DNA of 44,273 nucleotides from Pseudomonadota bacterium (GCA_021818125.1 JAKAFG010000001.1:1-44273); one strand, 5' to 3'. Numbered from the stretch's first letter, positions 21,694-32,096 are shown. A program made the numbers and translations. The notes: generated by a model from the sequence alone, not told the origin.

Positions 21694-23885
21694 CAGAACT
21701 CCATGCTGGCGCCCGGCACATACTGGCTGAGCAAACCGTTTGAGGCATTGCCGAGACTGGTCAGGCCACGCAATACGATCTCCAGATAAACAACGTTATT
21801 GGACTGCCCGCCGAGAAGGATCTGATGATAAACCATCATACGGGTAGCCCAGCAGCCGCCATCATATCCCATCCCTACGAGCTCCTCCAGCGGCTTGTGA
21901 TCGGTGACGTCATACTGATAGCTGCCGAGTACCTGCCAGCGCTTGTAGATCGGCCAGGCACCGGAAATGCCGGTTTGATTCACGAAGCCACGGGTAAAAC
22001 GATAGTCAAGGTTAATGACGCGCTGCGGACCGGGCAGCCACTGGGCGCGCAGGTTGAGCCGCTCCAGGTTGCGCTGCTGGGCATTGACTTGTGAACTGGC
22101 GAGGAGGTTGATGTCCGGAAGGGGCGCGTATTGCCCCTCAAAAAAATAGTTGGACTGCTGGTTTTGAGGAACGATATCGCCGGCGAGGTTGATCTGGCGC
22201 TGGTTGAAGTAGCGGATCTGACCGACAGCCGCCTGCCACAGTTGGCGGCCGCTGGGCGTGAGCCAGGTGCCGCGCAGCCCCAGTGCCACCTGATTGGCAG
22301 CGTTGATGCGATCGTTACCGCTATAGAGGCTGTTATCCTCAAAAATCATCGGGAAGTTCTGATAGGGCTGACTGGCATCGAAAATGGGGATGCCGCTCTG
22401 GGCCTGTAGGGGAATGTACGTATATTTGAACAAGGGTTGCAGCAGTGCCGTGCTGCCGTCGCTGCCATAACGGACGAAATTGAGGCCGCCTTTGAGGCTG
22501 AGTGCCGGTAAGGTGCGATTGATGGCGCGTGCGTAGGGGGCATTACGCTGAATCTGATAGTGGCTGTAGTAGAGCCGGGCCTGCGGTTCTAAGAAGCCCC
22601 AGCCGCGGCTGAAGCGCCAGCCAAGGGTGGGGGTGAGGTCGAGGCGCTGACCGATGGGTCCCGCAGAAGCGGAGAAGTAGTTAAAGCTGCTGTGCCAGTC
22701 GAAATAGCCGGCGCGTCCCACCCGCCAGTAGCCATCGGCAAACAGATACGGGAGCTGGGAGTAGGGCGCCGCGCCGCCAGGCGCGAGTTCCTGGTAGGCT
22801 TGCAGGGTGGCGCCCGCGCTAATATGTGCGTTGTTGTAGTAGAGTCCCCCGGAGGAGGTAATGTAGGGTGCGTTGCCAATGCCGCCCACGAAACTGCTGC
22901 TGAAACCCGCTGTGCCGCCAAAATCCGAAAGAAAGTTTTTGTAGCTGACCTGGTTGTAATCGACGTTGAAGTTGAATCCGTCGCCCAGATTCTGGTTATG
23001 CTGCCAGGAAATGGCCCAGATATTTTTGTGGGTCAATTGATCAGAGGGGAGCAGATCCAGATAGAGTTTGCCGCTGTAATTGGGCTCCAGATAGCGGAAC
23101 TCATTCAGCAACATCACCCCGCGTCTGGCGAAATAGTTGACGGTGAGGGTGTCGTCCATATTACGGGCGATATCGAAATAGTAGGGGATGCCGAGGTAAA
23201 AGCCGTTGATGGTAGAGCTGCCTACACTGGGGGCAAGAAATCCGGAGTGTCGCTTCAGCGGAAAACTGAGGTAGGGCGTCCAGAATACGGGCAACCCAAA
23301 GACGTCGATTGTGGTGTTGGTGGTAGAGACGTAGTTGTCATTCTGGTTGAGGTCGATGCGGCTGCTCCAGAGTTGCCAGGCTGGTTTTTCGCCATCACAG
23401 GTGGTATAGCACGCTTCGTTGAGCTGGTAATGCCCTTTGCTCAGTTCCCTGCCGCTTTCAGCGTGGCCATGACCTTGCTGTGCTTCGAGCAGATAGCGGG
23501 GATGGACTACCACCCCCTCGTTGGCATGTAAATGGATGGTGGCCTTGGGGGCAGCGGTCACGATGCCGGGACTGACCATGCGCACATGGCCGTCGGCGAT
23601 GATCTCGTCACGGGCCTGGTCATAGTGCACGGTATCGGCATAGACCCGGCGATCACCATAGAGTACTTCGACATTGCCAGTGGCTGTCCAGTGGCCGCTG
23701 CCAAGGCCGTGAACTTGATCCGCATAGAGCGTGACCGGGCTCTCTGCGGCCGCGGCGATGGCCATTCCGGGTGCCAGCAGTGCGCCCAGCAGAGCCAGGC
23801 GAAGGCTGGAACGCGGGGCACGGCGACTTCCCGGGCGGATTGGCCGGGGTCGGGATTTTCCGATGCTGTGCAGAGGACTTTTCAT
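21693..23885 (-). CDS. lptD: LPS assembly outer-membrane protein LptD
   Basis: OstA-like N-domain, YTTC, SGFLAPS, PYYF.IA.N.D, GNDRINAANQ, YDGGCW. Confidence 0.92.
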   Translation of the reverse strand: MKSPLHSIGKSRPRPIRPGSRRAPRSSLRLALLGALLAPGMAIAAAAESPVTLYADQVHGLGSGHWTATGNVEVLYGDRRVYADTVHYDQARDEIIADGHVRMVSPGIVTAAPKATIHLHANEGVVVHPRYLLEAQQGHGHAESGRELSKGHYQLNEACYTTCDGEKPAWQLWSSRIDLNQNDNYVSTTNTTIDVFGLPVFWTPYLSFPLKRHSGFLAPSVGSSTINGFYLGIPYYFDIARNMDDTLTVNYFARRGVMLLNEFRYLEPNYSGKLYLDLLPSDQLTHKNIWAISWQHNQNLGDGFNFNVDYNQVSYKNFLSDFGGTAGFSSSFVGGIGNAPYITSSGGLYYNNAHISAGATLQAYQELAPGGAAPYSQLPYLFADGYWRVGRAGYFDWHSSFNYFSASAGPIGQRLDLTPTLGWRFSRGWGFLEPQARLYYSHYQIQRNAPYARAINRTLPALSLKGGLNFVRYGSDGSTALLQPLFKYTYIPLQAQSGIPIFDASQPYQNFPMIFEDNSLYSGNDRINAANQVALGLRGTWLTPSGRQLWQAAVGQIRYFNQRQINLAGDIVPQNQQSNYFFEGQYAPLPDINLLASSQVNAQQRNLERLNLRAQWLPGPQRVINLDYRFTRGFVNQTGISGAWPIYKRWQVLGSYQYDVTDHKPLEELVGMGYDGGCWATRMMVYHQILLGGQSNNVVYLEIVLRGLTSLGNASNGLLSQYVPGASMEF

Positions 23886-23914
23886 AGAGGCCTAAAATCG
23901 CACAAAATGCTTTT

Positions 23915-24946
23915 ATGTCGCAATCTTTCCTTGCATCGAATTTTTCCACCGTGGCGGCGAGGGACCCTCTGTCACCCGCCGCCGCAGACTGGCTCGCGCA
24001 GCAGGGCGTGGCCGTGGCGCGGGCGTGCCCCATCCCCGGAGATGCCAGCGGGCGGCGCTATTGGCGTTTGCCGCAGGGCCTGATCTTCATGGATGCCCCG
24101 CACCCCGAAGATATCCTGCCCTTTTTGCGGATACAGCACCGTTTTGCCCGCGCCGCCTTGCCGGTACCCGAGGTGCTGGCCGCGCAAATGGATCCCGGCT
24201 TTGTGTTGCTGGAGGACTTAGGGGAAACGGATCTCAAGGCTGTACTGGATGCTGGTGCAGATATTAATCTGTGGATGCAGCGGGCGATGACCTTGATCCT
24301 CCATCTGCAGCAGGCCGGGCAGACGCAGACGGCACTGCCTCCTCTGCCATTTTTCTCGTCGGCCCGCCTGGGGGACGAGTTGGCCCTGTTTACGGACTGG
24401 TACCTGGGCAGGCATCTTGATTTAATCCTGAGTCCTCTGCAGAGGAATTCCCTGCAAGCACTTTTTGCTGTGTTACTGGACAATGCCGCCGCGCAGCCGC
24501 AGGTCTGGGTCCACCGGGATTTTCACGCGCGCAATCTTATCATTCAGCAGGACACCGGGCTGTTGGCCATGATTGATTTTCAGGATGCCGTGCGCGGGCC
24601 ATGGACCTATGACTTGGCTTCTCTGCTCTGGGATCGTTATTGGGATTGGGGACGGACGCAAAGGGACGCGTGGGCCCTGAATTTTTTGACGGCGGCGCAT
24701 CAGCATGGTGCTGCCTTGCCGTCGTCCGCGAGCTTTCTGCTGGGTGTCGGGCGTATGGCTCTCCAGCGTAACCTGAAGATTCTCGGCATTTTCTGTCGCT
24801 TGGCTTACCGGGATGGAAAATCGAGTTATCTCGATTTCCTGCCGCAATTCTGGGCCTATGTCGTGGATGCCCTGGACGCTGATCCGCAGTTGCAGTCTTA
24901 TCAGGAGCTTTTTGCCCCATGGCAACCCCCGTTACCCGTGCGATGA
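23915..24946 (+). CDS. amgK: Anomeric MurNAc/GlcNAc kinase AmgK (APH-like)
   Basis: GDASGRRYWR, MDAP, LLEDLG, HRDFHARNL, IDFQDA, QRNLKILGIFCRL..RDGK; typical divergent position from lptD. Confidence 0.85.
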   Translation: MSQSFLASNFSTVAARDPLSPAAADWLAQQGVAVARACPIPGDASGRRYWRLPQGLIFMDAPHPEDILPFLRIQHRFARAALPVPEVLAAQMDPGFVLLEDLGETDLKAVLDAGADINLWMQRAMTLILHLQQAGQTQTALPPLPFFSSARLGDELALFTDWYLGRHLDLILSPLQRNSLQALFAVLLDNAAAQPQVWVHRDFHARNLIIQQDTGLLAMIDFQDAVRGPWTYDLASLLWDRYWDWGRTQRDAWALNFLTAAHQHGAALPSSASFLLGVGRMALQRNLKILGIFCRLAYRDGKSSYLDFLPQFWAYVVDALDADPQLQSYQELFAPWQPPLPVR

Positions 24947-25608
24947 TCCTGGCTGCGGGTCGGGGCGAGCGACTCAGGCCGCTTACCGATCATGTCCCGA
25001 AGCCCTTGCTGGAGGTTGCCGGCAAACCCCTTATCGTGCGCCACCTGGATTCGCTGGCTGCGGCGGGCATTCGCGATGTGGTCATTAATGTCGGGCATCT
25101 GGGTGATGCGATCATGCAGGCCTTGGGTCAAAATTGGCAGGGATTGAGGATCACTTACAGCGATGAGCGTGAGGCCCGTCTGGAGACGGGCGGCGCTCTT
25201 GTTCGTGCCCTGCCCTTATTGGGGAGCTGCCCTTTTTTGCTGGTGAATGGCGACATTTGCACGGACTTTCCCTGGGCACAGCTCTGCCAGCCTTCACTTG
25301 CGCGCGTGCATCTGGTGCTGGTGCCTAACCCGATGCAGCACCCGCAGGGAGATTTCGCATTGTCTGCCGGCATGGTGGCTTTGGCGGGCGAAGAACGTCA
25401 TACTTACGCAGGTATCGCGCGTCTTGACCCGGAGTTGTTGCGGGGCTTTCCCGAGCAGTCGGCTCCTCTGGCCCCTTGGCTGCGGCAATGGATTGCAGCG
25501 GGTGTGGTGGAGGGGACCTTGTATCAAGGAAAATGGACAGATGTGGGCACACCAGACCGGTTGCGGGCGGCCCGGCGTGATTGTGCGGAGGCCTCGCATG
25601 GACTTTGA
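24919..25608 (+). CDS. murU: N-acetylmuramate alpha-1-phosphate uridylyltransferase
   Basis: AMILAAGRGERLRPLT..PKPL, LETGG, NGD, NP..HPQGDF, WTDVGTPDRL. Confidence 0.88.
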   Translation: MATPVTRAMILAAGRGERLRPLTDHVPKPLLEVAGKPLIVRHLDSLAAAGIRDVVINVGHLGDAIMQALGQNWQGLRITYSDEREARLETGGALVRALPLLGSCPFLLVNGDICTDFPWAQLCQPSLARVHLVLVPNPMQHPQGDFALSAGMVALAGEERHTYAGIARLDPELLRGFPEQSAPLAPWLRQWIAAGVVEGTLYQGKWTDVGTPDRLRAARRDCAEASHGL

Positions 25609-26032
25609 TCCGGCAGCGGTGAAGGCGGCGGTTAGTGTGGATGCCGGCTTGCGTGACCGCTGGCGCCGGGAGTGGGGCTTGCTCATGGATCTGGCGGTCT
25701 GGGGAGATCTGCGCAGCAGCCAGATCGGCTTATCGGGCAAGTTGCACAAACGGGTGCTCGAATTCGGGGAACGCCTGCGCTCCTATGGAAGTGACCGGAG
25801 TTGGATTCCACACCCCCGGGAACAAATCAAGAATGCCCTGAGCACCAGTCTGCAGACCCGTGAGTCGCTGGAAAAGGTCAGCGAAATTGCAGACCAGCTT
25901 AGCGACGGGGCAGACCTTGCCTCCTTACGGGCGATGTGGGAGGCCATAAGTGCTGCGTTGATGGCGGACATCGTCATGCGTGAAGAGCGATTGGTGCAGT
26001 TGTTGAACCAGCAGTATCAGGAAGAAGTGTGA
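25598..26032 (+). CDS. Hypothetical, probably alpha-helical protein (144 aa)
   Basis: GGAGG SD at 25587-25591; ATG25598 overlaps the murU end; fills the gap in operon orientation. Confidence 0.75.
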   Translation: MDFDPAAVKAAVSVDAGLRDRWRREWGLLMDLAVWGDLRSSQIGLSGKLHKRVLEFGERLRSYGSDRSWIPHPREQIKNALSTSLQTRESLEKVSEIADQLSDGADLASLRAMWEAISAALMADIVMREERLVQLLNQQYQEEV

Positions 26033-26063
26033 TCCAACCCTATTCAGGTTAACCAGCATATTT

Positions 26064-26342
26064 ATGAAGATTGTGTACGCCTTGGTTGTTATCGGTGCTC
26101 TTGCGCTCTTTGCCTTGCTCTTATGGTGGGCACGCGGGCAGGTAGGCGATGCTGCAGCCCCCCATGACAGTACGGGTTGGTACGCCCGGCATCCTGACGC
26201 GCTGGCTGCCGAAAACCTGAAATGCTGGAAATTGCTGCAGAACGCTTCATTTGCGGATGTGGACAAGGTCATGACCGCGCATCCCCACTGCCGTGCGGTC
26301 TATGAAGCCATCCAGAGGCAGAATCCCGCCCATGCGAATTGA
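26064..26342 (+). CDS. Small membrane-anchored protein with two Cys (EexN-like motif)
   Basis: N-terminal hydrophobic helix, then WYARHP..C..C; ends 9 nt before kdsD. Confidence 0.65.
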   Translation: MKIVYALVVIGALALFALLLWWARGQVGDAAAPHDSTGWYARHPDALAAENLKCWKLLQNASFADVDKVMTAHPHCRAVYEAIQRQNPAHAN

Positions 26343-26351
26343 CGACTGCCG

Positions 26352-27338
26352 GTGACTGAATTGACCGTAACGCCAGAAAGTCTGCTGGCCACCGGCCGGG
26401 ATGTGTTGCGCCTGGAGGCGGCGGCGGTGGCGGCACTGGAAGCGCGTCTTGACGCGGATTTTGTGGGGGCTTGCGAGCTCCTGCTGAATTGCCCCGGCCG
26501 TATCGTCGTTAGTGGCATGGGTAAGTCCGGGATTATCGCCAAAAAAATCGCAGCGACTTTGGCCAGTACTGGCAGCCCCGCCCTTTTCCTGCATCCCGCC
26601 GAAGGCAGCCACGGCGATCTGGGTATGCTCACCCGTCAGGATTGCCTGCTCGCTCTCTCCAACTCCGGGGAGACCGCCGAACTTCTGGCTATTTTGCCAG
26701 TGGTCAAACGCCTCGCGGTGCCCCTGATCGCCATGACCGGTAACCCGCAGTCCACCCTGGCGCGCAGTGCCGCCGTGCATCTCAACTGCAGTGTGGCGCG
26801 GGAGGCCTGCCCTCTCAACCTGGCGCCCACGGCATCGACGACAGCAACCTTGGCCATGGGTGATGCCCTGGCTATGGCGCTTTTACAGGCGCGCGGTTTT
26901 TCGGCAGATGATTTCGCCCTGTCTCATCCCGGTGGCAGCCTCGGCAAACGCCTGCTGCTGCGGGTGCGGGATGTGATGCACCGGGGCATCAGTCTGCCTA
27001 AGGTACGGGAGGATACGCCGTTATGCGAAGCCGTACTGGAAATGAGCAGCAAGGGGCTGGGAATGACGGCAGTGGTGGACGCGGAAGACCGGGTGCTGGG
27101 GATTTTTACCGACGGTGATTTACGCCGTGCCTTCGCGCGGCGCCAGGATATCTGGGAACAGCCTATGGCTGAACTGGCTCATGCCAAACCGGCCACTATT
27201 ACTGCCGAAGCCCTTGCTGCTGAAGCCCTTGCCCTTATGGAAAATAATCGCATCGGTGCGCTTCTGGTCACCGATGGTGAGGCGCGGCTGATTGGCGCGT
27301 TGAATATGCACGATTTGTTGCGCGCAGGCATTGTATGA
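26352..27338 (+). CDS. kdsD: Arabinose-5-phosphate isomerase KdsD (SIS plus CBS domains)
   Basis: GMGKSG, HPAEGSHGDLG, SNSGET, APTASTT, HPGGSLG, GIFTDGDLRR. Confidence 0.95.
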   Translation: MTELTVTPESLLATGRDVLRLEAAAVAALEARLDADFVGACELLLNCPGRIVVSGMGKSGIIAKKIAATLASTGSPALFLHPAEGSHGDLGMLTRQDCLLALSNSGETAELLAILPVVKRLAVPLIAMTGNPQSTLARSAAVHLNCSVAREACPLNLAPTASTTATLAMGDALAMALLQARGFSADDFALSHPGGSLGKRLLLRVRDVMHRGISLPKVREDTPLCEAVLEMSSKGLGMTAVVDAEDRVLGIFTDGDLRRAFARRQDIWEQPMAELAHAKPATITAEALAAEALALMENNRIGALLVTDGEARLIGALNMHDLLRAGIV

Positions 27339-27889
27339 ATGAATTGATGTCGACTGACACAGATTTGTTGACGCGCGCTGCCGGGGTCCGCTTGCTGATT
27401 CTGGATGTGGATGGCGTGTTGACCGATGGCCGCTTATTTTTTGACGATGATGGCAAGGAGAGTAAAGCCTTTCATGTGCGGGATGGTTACGGCATCAAGC
27501 TCGTGCAGGAACTGGCTATAGAGGTTGCCATCGTTACCGCGCGCTATTCCCCGGCAGTTGCCCATCGCGCCCATGATCTGGGCGTCAAGCGGATTCACCA
27601 AGGCTGTTTGGACAAGAATCTGGCCTACACGGAGCTCAAAATCGCCCTCGACCTGGATGACGCCGAGGTAGCTTATATGGGAGATGATCTTATTGATCTG
27701 CCCATTCTTACCCGCGTTGGTCTGGCGACTGCTCCGGCTGATGCGCACCCGGAGGTCGGTTGTCGAGTACACTGGCAGAGCGTGCAACGGGGTGGTCGTG
27801 GTGCGGTGCGGGAGCTCTGCGAGCTGATTCTGCAGGCACAGGGGTACTGGCCAGCAGTCATCGCCAGGGCTGTTGGAGCGCTGTCTTGA
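27335..27889 (+). CDS. kdsC: KDO 8-phosphate phosphatase (HAD family)
   Basis: LDVDGVLTDG, FHVRDGYGI, YMGDDLID, GGRGAVRE. Confidence 0.94.
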   Translation: MNELMSTDTDLLTRAAGVRLLILDVDGVLTDGRLFFDDDGKESKAFHVRDGYGIKLVQELAIEVAIVTARYSPAVAHRAHDLGVKRIHQGCLDKNLAYTELKIALDLDDAEVAYMGDDLIDLPILTRVGLATAPADAHPEVGCRVHWQSVQRGGRGAVRELCELILQAQGYWPAVIARAVGALS

Positions 27890-27914
27890 TCACCAATCAA
27901 TCCGAGAGTTGGCC

Positions 27915-28484
27915 ATGTCGCGTAAGCTGATACCGGGTTTCCGCGCCCCCGGCTTGGGTCTGTCTCTGCTGTTGCTTGTCCTCGCGGCGCTGGTGTGGTG
28001 GTCCTGGCCACAGCATCCCCTGCCCCTGCCGCCCATTGACTGGCATGGTCAAATCCATAAGGGGGATCAGGCGGCCGAAGACGTGGTCATGCGCCAGTAC
28101 ACGGCAACCGGGAAACTGGATTTGCTGGCCACCGCCCAGACTGCCTATCACGAGCCGAGTGCCGATCAAACCATACTTAGCCAGGTTACCGTTGAGCGGT
28201 TCAAGCCGGGACAGCAGACGCATCTGCGTGCCAATCAGGGCATAGTAGATGGTCACAGCCACCTGATTACCTTATGGGGGAACGTTATTGGCACCTTGCA
28301 ACCGGACACCCGCCTGCTCACCGAAAAGGTGTACTATGATGCGCAAACGGGCATTATTACGTCCAAAGAGCCGGTACGGCTGGAACGGGGTCAAGACTGG
28401 ATGACCGGGGTAGGTCTTTGGGCTTCGGTAAAAACCCAAGAGGTGAATATTTTGCATGATGTGCGTGGCATGTATGTCCCATAG
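27915..28484 (+). CDS. lptC: LPS export protein LptC
   Basis: Single N-terminal TM helix plus beta-rich periplasmic part; located between kdsC and lptA. Confidence 0.85.
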   Translation: MSRKLIPGFRAPGLGLSLLLLVLAALVWWSWPQHPLPLPPIDWHGQIHKGDQAAEDVVMRQYTATGKLDLLATAQTAYHEPSADQTILSQVTVERFKPGQQTHLRANQGIVDGHSHLITLWGNVIGTLQPDTRLLTEKVYYDAQTGIITSKEPVRLERGQDWMTGVGLWASVKTQEVNILHDVRGMYVP

Positions 28485-29004
28485 GCGATTTTCTTTCCGG
28501 CGATTCTGGCCCTTCTTGCTCATGGTTGTTTCTGCCACCGCCTCGGCCGCACCGGTTGCGGAGCAGGGGCTGGGCAAAGGCCCTATTCAGATTAGCGCCG
28601 ACGCGCTGCATGGTGAGAACAAACCGCAGCAGCAGGCCGTCTATACCGGGAACGTGGTTATGACCCAAGGCGATGTGCTTGTACATGCCGATAAGCTCAC
28701 TATTGTAGCGGCCGGTGGCAAGGTGCAGCAGGCCACGGCGGTGGGGAACCCGGTTACCTTCACCATGCCCAGTGCCCAGCGCCACGGCTATGGTAACACC
28801 CTGGTCTATAAACCGGGCAGCGGCGAAATTGTGCTCATCGGCAATGCCCATCTCTGGCAGAAAAAAAACGAGATCAGTGGTCAGCAGGTCACCTATTTCC
28901 TGCAGACGCAGAAGACTTCCGTCACTGCGGCCCCCGGTCAGCGGGTACAGTCGATCTTCTATCCCGCAGCGGCGAATCACGCCACCGGCGGTGGGAGGCC
29001 ATGA
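28474..29004 (+). CDS. lptA: LPS transport periplasmic protein LptA
   Basis: Signal peptide; [38 protein letters not shown]. Confidence 0.92.
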   Translation: MSHRRFSFRRFWPFLLMVVSATASAAPVAEQGLGKGPIQISADALHGENKPQQQAVYTGNVVMTQGDVLVHADKLTIVAAGGKVQQATAVGNPVTFTMPSAQRHGYGNTLVYKPGSGEIVLIGNAHLWQKKNEISGQQVTYFLQTQKTSVTAAPGQRVQSIFYPAAANHATGGGRP

Positions 29005-29726
29005 GCGGACTGTTGCAGGCGCAATCCCTGTTCAAGTCGTACCGGCGGCGGGCTGTGGTGCGCGACGTTTCGGTGCAGGTGGCCGCAGGCGAGGTGGTGG
29101 GACTGCTCGGTCCTAATGGAGCGGGGAAAACCACAACCTTTTACATGATGGTCGGATTGGTGCGTCCCGATCGCGGTCATATTTTTCTGCAACAGCGCGA
29201 TATCACCGCGCTGCCTATGCACGAACGTGCCCGCATGGGGCTGGGTTACCTCCCCCAGGAGCCCTCCGTTTTCCGCCAGATGAGTGCTGCTGACAATGTC
29301 CTTGCCGTGTTGGAAACCTTGCCGTTGAGCAAGGTCGAGCGGCAAGAACGCCTGGAACAATTGCTCAGTGATCTCCACCTCCATCCGTTGCGTGACACCA
29401 AAGGACACAGCCTTTCCGGTGGTGAGCGGCGGCGTGTGGAAATTGCGCGGGCGCTGGCCATGAGCCCGCGTTTTATTTTGCTGGATGAACCCTTCGCTGG
29501 TATCGATCCCATTTCTGTGCTGGAAATTCAACGGCTCATCCAGGATTTGCGTGGGCGTGGCATCGGCATTCTGATTACCGACCATAATGTGCGCGAGACA
29601 TTAGGCATTTGCGAACGCGCCTATATACTGCATGATGGCAAGGTCCTGACGGCAGGTAGTCCGCAGGAAATTGTTGATGATCCCATGGTGCGGCAGGTTT
29701 ACCTGGGAGACCAGTTTCAAATCTGA
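29001..29726 (+). CDS. lptB: LPS export ABC transporter ATPase LptB
   Basis: [45 protein letters not shown]. Confidence 0.97.
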   Translation: MSGLLQAQSLFKSYRRRAVVRDVSVQVAAGEVVGLLGPNGAGKTTTFYMMVGLVRPDRGHIFLQQRDITALPMHERARMGLGYLPQEPSVFRQMSAADNVLAVLETLPLSKVERQERLEQLLSDLHLHPLRDTKGHSLSGGERRRVEIARALAMSPRFILLDEPFAGIDPISVLEIQRLIQDLRGRGIGILITDHNVRETLGICERAYILHDGKVLTAGSPQEIVDDPMVRQVYLGDQFQI

Positions 29727-29738
29727 TTTTTGGAAATT

Positions 29739-31160
29739 ATGAAACAAGGCTTAGAACTCAAGCTCGGCCAGCATCTGGCCATGACCCCGCAACTGCAACA
29801 GGCGATTCGTCTGCTGCAGTTGTCTACGCTTGATTTGCAGCAGGAAGTTCAAAGTATGCTGGAAAGTAATCCGTTGCTTGATGAAGAAACGGGAGACGAC
29901 GGCGGCGGGCCGGTCCCGGAGACGCTTGAGCCTCCTTCCGAAGACCGTCAACTGGATCTGGCGGCTGAGGATACGCTGCCTGACGAATTGCCTGTAGACA
30001 GTCAGTGGGATGATGTCTTTGATCTGGGTACGTCGGGCTCTGGCAGCGCTGCTGACGAAGATCTGCCGGATTTTGAATCGCGTAACAGCCACAGCCAAAG
30101 CTTGCAGGACTATCTCCGCTGGCAGGCTGATATGACGCACTTCAGTCCTGACGAGCGCAACATGGCGGAGTTAATCATTGACGCCATTGATGAGCGCGGT
30201 TATCTGGCGGAAAGCCTGGAAGAACTCGCCGTCAATATGAATGTGCAAGAAGATGCGCTGTTGGCCGTGTTGCTGCGCGTACAAGACTTCGACCCGCCGG
30301 GCGTTGGCGCACGTGATCTCAGCGAGTGCCTCTTGCTACAGCTAAAACAGATGGTCGAAGGGGGGGCGCCCGTATTGCTCGCCCAACGGATTGTGAAGGA
30401 TCACCTGCAGGCACTGGCACGCCACGATTACCCGCGTCTGTGTGCGGCTCTGGGGGTGGATGAGGAGGCATTGCGTGCAGCGATGGCGCTGATTTCCGCA
30501 CTGAATCCCAAGCCGGGTGAAGAGGTGGGTGCGGAGAGCACCGAGTATGTGATCCCCGACGTGATCGTGCGCTGGACGGGTAAGCGCCTGCGCGTAGATA
30601 TGAATCCCGAGGCCATGCCTAAATTACGTATCAATCGTCGTTATGCCGGCATGGCAGGTGGGAAAGATGCGGCGCATAAATATATTCAGGATCAACTCAA
30701 CGAGGCACGCTGGTTTATCAAGAGCCTGCAGAGCCGCCAGGACACCATATTGAAGGTGGCGCGGGCCATTGTCGAACGGCAAAAGGATTTTTTTGCCAGT
30801 GGGCCTGAATCTATGCGGCCCATGGTCCTGCGTCATATCGCCGAGGCAGTAGAAATGCATGAGTCTACGGTATCGCGGGTCACTAATCAGAAATACATGA
30901 TTACGCCCCGCGGTCTCTATGAGTTTAAATACTTTTTCTCCAGTCATGTGGGTACCGACAGTGGCGGTTCCGCGTCGGCCACGGCGATTCGCGCGCTACT
31001 CATCAAGATGACGCAGGCCGAAAGCGCACGTCATCCCCTGAGCGATGCGGAAATTGCCAAGGTGTTGGCCGATCAGGGTATTCAGATTGCGCGGCGGACG
31101 GTGGCCAAGTACCGCGAGGCGGCCAATATTCCTGCTGCGAGCCAGCGTCGTCGTTTGTGA
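29739..31160 (+). CDS. rpoN: RNA polymerase sigma-54 factor
   Basis: MTPQLQQAIRLLQL, MHESTVSR, RpoN box ARRTVAKYRE. Confidence 0.98.
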   Translation: MKQGLELKLGQHLAMTPQLQQAIRLLQLSTLDLQQEVQSMLESNPLLDEETGDDGGGPVPETLEPPSEDRQLDLAAEDTLPDELPVDSQWDDVFDLGTSGSGSAADEDLPDFESRNSHSQSLQDYLRWQADMTHFSPDERNMAELIIDAIDERGYLAESLEELAVNMNVQEDALLAVLLRVQDFDPPGVGARDLSECLLLQLKQMVEGGAPVLLAQRIVKDHLQALARHDYPRLCAALGVDEEALRAAMALISALNPKPGEEVGAESTEYVIPDVIVRWTGKRLRVDMNPEAMPKLRINRRYAGMAGGKDAAHKYIQDQLNEARWFIKSLQSRQDTILKVARAIVERQKDFFASGPESMRPMVLRHIAEAVEMHESTVSRVTNQKYMITPRGLYEFKYFFSSHVGTDSGGSASATAIRALLIKMTQAESARHPLSDAEIAKVLADQGIQIARRTVAKYREAANIPAASQRRRL

Positions 31161-31271
31161 GTGGATGCCGCCACCAGGGTTTTTTGCCGACGCCGTTGGC
31201 GTTACACTGGAAGCGGACCCCGCAGCGGGGCAGGATTCATAACGATCACATCACTTGGGTAGGAGAGCGCT

Positions 31272-31613
31272 ATGCAAATTACACTTACCGGGCAGCACCT
31301 GGATTTGACGGATGCCATTAAAAACTATGTCGATGAAAAGATTGGACGCCTTGGTCGTTACTTCGACCACGTCATTAACGCCCAGGTGGTGCTGAAGCAC
31401 CTCCCTCACGAAAAGCTGACCAACGTCGTAGATATTACTGTCAATGCCCCAGGGCACGTCTTCCATGCCGAGGTGCATGATGCCGATATGTACGCAGCTA
31501 TAGATCTGGTGGCCGACAAACTGGAGGCGCAGGTGCACAGCTACAAGGAAAAGCTGCAGGATCGCCGTAATGATCACCCCGCTGGTTTGGCAACCATTGC
31601 TGAAGTCGACTGA
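31272..31613 (+). CDS. hpf: Ribosome hibernation promoting factor
   Basis: MQITLTGQHLDLTDAIKNYV..K, DMYAAID..DKL; follows rpoN. Confidence 0.93.
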   Translation: MQITLTGQHLDLTDAIKNYVDEKIGRLGRYFDHVINAQVVLKHLPHEKLTNVVDITVNAPGHVFHAEVHDADMYAAIDLVADKLEAQVHSYKEKLQDRRNDHPAGLATIAEVD

Positions 31614-31619
31614 ATAGCC

Positions 31620-32066
31620 ATGATGACCCCGCCTCTTGCCCTGACAAATATTCGTATGGATCCGCCTGTGGCCGATGCTGGTGATGTGCTGCAGTCATTG
31701 GCGGAAATCCTGGCAGGGTCTACCGGTCTGTCTGCTGAAGGGATTGCGGCGGCCTTGCAAAGCCGTGAGGCGCAGGGATCTACGGGTATCGGGCATGGGG
31801 TGGCTTTGCCCCATGCCCGGTTAGAGGGTGTGAGTCAGGTAGCTGTTGCTGCGCTGCGCACGGCGCAGGGTATTCCGTTTGCGGCGCCAGACGGGTTGGA
31901 CGTGCGTATATTTTTGGCGGTAGTGGTGCCCAAAGCGGCTGCGACCGCCCATCTGGAGACGCTCTCTGCATTAGCCGCCAAACTCGCGGTGGACGAGGTA
32001 CGCGAAGCACTGATGGAAACCCTGGATCCGCAGGAGTTTTTTCGTTTGTTGACGAGTCCGGCGTAG
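31620..32066 (+). CDS. ptsN: PTS EIIA (Ntr/Fru type)
   Basis: RE..GSTGIGHGVALPHAR with the phosphorylatable His. Confidence 0.88.
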   Translation: MMTPPLALTNIRMDPPVADAGDVLQSLAEILAGSTGLSAEGIAAALQSREAQGSTGIGHGVALPHARLEGVSQVAVAALRTAQGIPFAAPDGLDVRIFLAVVVPKAAATAHLETLSALAAKLAVDEVREALMETLDPQEFFRLLTSPA

Positions 32067-32096
32067 TTTGTACTACAAAGCAGACTGGTTACAGCC

